Translations under genes and position numbers: made by a program
Part shown: positions 24,050-24,885 of the stretch, piece after piece
Layout of the letters: every line of letters starts with the position of its first letter
Position numbering within the stretch: position 1 is the stretch's first letter
Notes under the pieces: generated by a model
What the model was told of the DNA's origin: nothing
Databases searched by the model: none
What the model saw: the letters and a program-made list of their open reading frames with translations, nothing else
Source of the DNA: a virus
Taxonomy: Duplodnaviria > Caudoviricetes
Direction: 5' to 3' (one strand)
DNA: 24,885 bases
IMG/VR virus record: IMGVR_UViG_3300017910_000372
Location: 1 to 24,885 of that record

Positions 24050-24390
24050 TGAAGCTGACAAAAATAGCCGCTCTCGCAGCGGCTTTTTTTATGCTTGCGG
24101 CTTGCCAAACGACAGCAGAGCCAGCGCGACAGTCGGTTTCTTCGATACCGCCGCCAGAGATCATGCGGCGAGGTCTTTATCCCTGTTGGAAAGGGCTGCG
24201 CCTCATCGACGCCCTTATTGAAGACGACATGAAACCAACTTCGCGCGGCGTCCTGATGCACAAAATAGATCCCAATACGCCGCTCATCGAGTACTGGGAA
24301 AATGAAACGCGATTTGCCGTCATCGCGGTTTATCCAAAAAACGAGTTAGTCTGTGCAGTCTTAGTTGGAGACGCCCTCGATGGAACTTGA
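24049..24390 (+). CDS. Putative lipoprotein
   Basis: ATG 24049 (TGATG); signal peptide MKLTKIAALAAAFFMLAA-C with lipobox LAAC. Confidence 0.65.
   Translation: MKLTKIAALAAAFFMLAACQTTAEPARQSVSSIPPPEIMRRGLYPCWKGLRLIDALIEDDMKPTSRGVLMHKIDPNTPLIEYWENETRFAVIAVYPKNELVCAVLVGDALDGT
24061..24090 (+). terminator. Rho-independent terminator-like hairpin inside the lipoprotein signal-peptide codons
   Basis: AAAAT-AGCCGCT-CTCGC-AGCGGCT-TTTTTT. Confidence 0.65.
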
Positions 24391-24724
24391 TGCACGGCTT
24401 CTTATAACGATGGGCGGGGTGCTTGTATCCGTAGCCAGTAGCTTCGTCGTTGTAAAAACGCGGCTCGGCGAACTCGAATCGGATCTTAAAGAAGCCATTA
24501 AAAAACTCGGGCAATTAGATAATCGCCTTGACAAAAATGATACTGCCACCGAACTCACCGGACAGCGTCTTGATGTTATAGCTGGCATGAACAGCGTTTC
24601 GGAGCGCGACAAGTTAAGTCGCGCTTTTGAAAAAACTGAAGTGCTTCTTCCTTTGTTAGATGAACGCATCAACCGATTAGAGCATATGCACAACGGCAGA
24701 CACCCAACGGTTTCTAATGATTAA
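24380..24724 (+). CDS. Single-TM coiled-coil protein, holin- or spanin-like lysis accessory
   Basis: ATG 24380 with GGAG RBS; N-terminal TM segment LLITMGGVLVSVASSFVVV followed by a coiled coil; directly before the lysozyme. Confidence 0.55.
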   Translation: MELDARLLITMGGVLVSVASSFVVVKTRLGELESDLKEAIKKLGQLDNRLDKNDTATELTGQRLDVIAGMNSVSERDKLSRAFEKTEVLLPLLDERINRLEHMHNGRHPTVSND

Positions 24725-24885
24725 CAAGTTGCGGAAAGATTTACGCCTAGATGAAGGCGTGCGTCATGACATTTACTTAGATCACTTGGGCTTAAAAACA
24801 GGCGGCTGCGGTCATTTCATTCGGCCTGACGAACCCGAATATGTACAGCCTGTTGGCACTACCATTAGCGAAAAGCGCGTTGATG
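24717..24885 (+). CDS. Endolysin, T4-type lysozyme (GH24), 5' part
   Basis: Not in the ORF track. MINKLRKDLRLDEGVRHDIYLDHLGLKTGGCGHFI... carries the E-x8-D-x5-T catalytic triad spacing of T4 lysozyme. Confidence 0.9.
   Translation, partial: MINKLRKDLRLDEGVRHDIYLDHLGLKTGGCGHFIRPDEPEYVQPVGTTISEKRVD

Noticed and set aside
2582-24693. Numerous minus-strand ORFs across the late region
   Set aside because: They are antisense to well-supported structural genes and are expected shadows in GC-rich coding DNA.
1-24885. CRISPR arrays, tRNAs, integrase/att sites, repeated T7-type phage RNAP promoters
   Set aside because: No regularly spaced repeats, cloverleaf, recombinase motifs or recurring ~20-bp intergenic promoter motif were seen by eye.

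Overview
The window is a contiguous segment of a tailed dsDNA phage genome with podovirus (T7/BPP-1-like) morphogenesis genes. A marine or aquatic proteobacterial host is my inference, not something the sequence shows. Positions 1-1300 hold a leftward operon of small early-type genes behind an AT-rich promoter region, headed by an acidic protein resembling the T7 Ocr DNA mimic. From 1486 to the end runs the rightward late module: TerS, a palindrome-rich spacer (candidate pac/genome end), TerL, a T7 gp13-like GNAT, two related Met-Cys...TLLG small proteins flanking four tiny very basic proteins, portal, Bbp19-like protein, scaffold, a structured capsid leader, major capsid, cement protein, terminator, tail tubular A and B, four internal (ejection) proteins, tail fibre, a low-GC mosaic receptor-binding protein, a DUF4376-like protein, a lipoprotein, a holin-like membrane protein and the start of a GH24 lysozyme. 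One ejection gene is interrupted by an in-frame TAA. I saw no tRNA, CRISPR array, integrase or DGR. All family assignments come from motif recognition by eye, not database searches.
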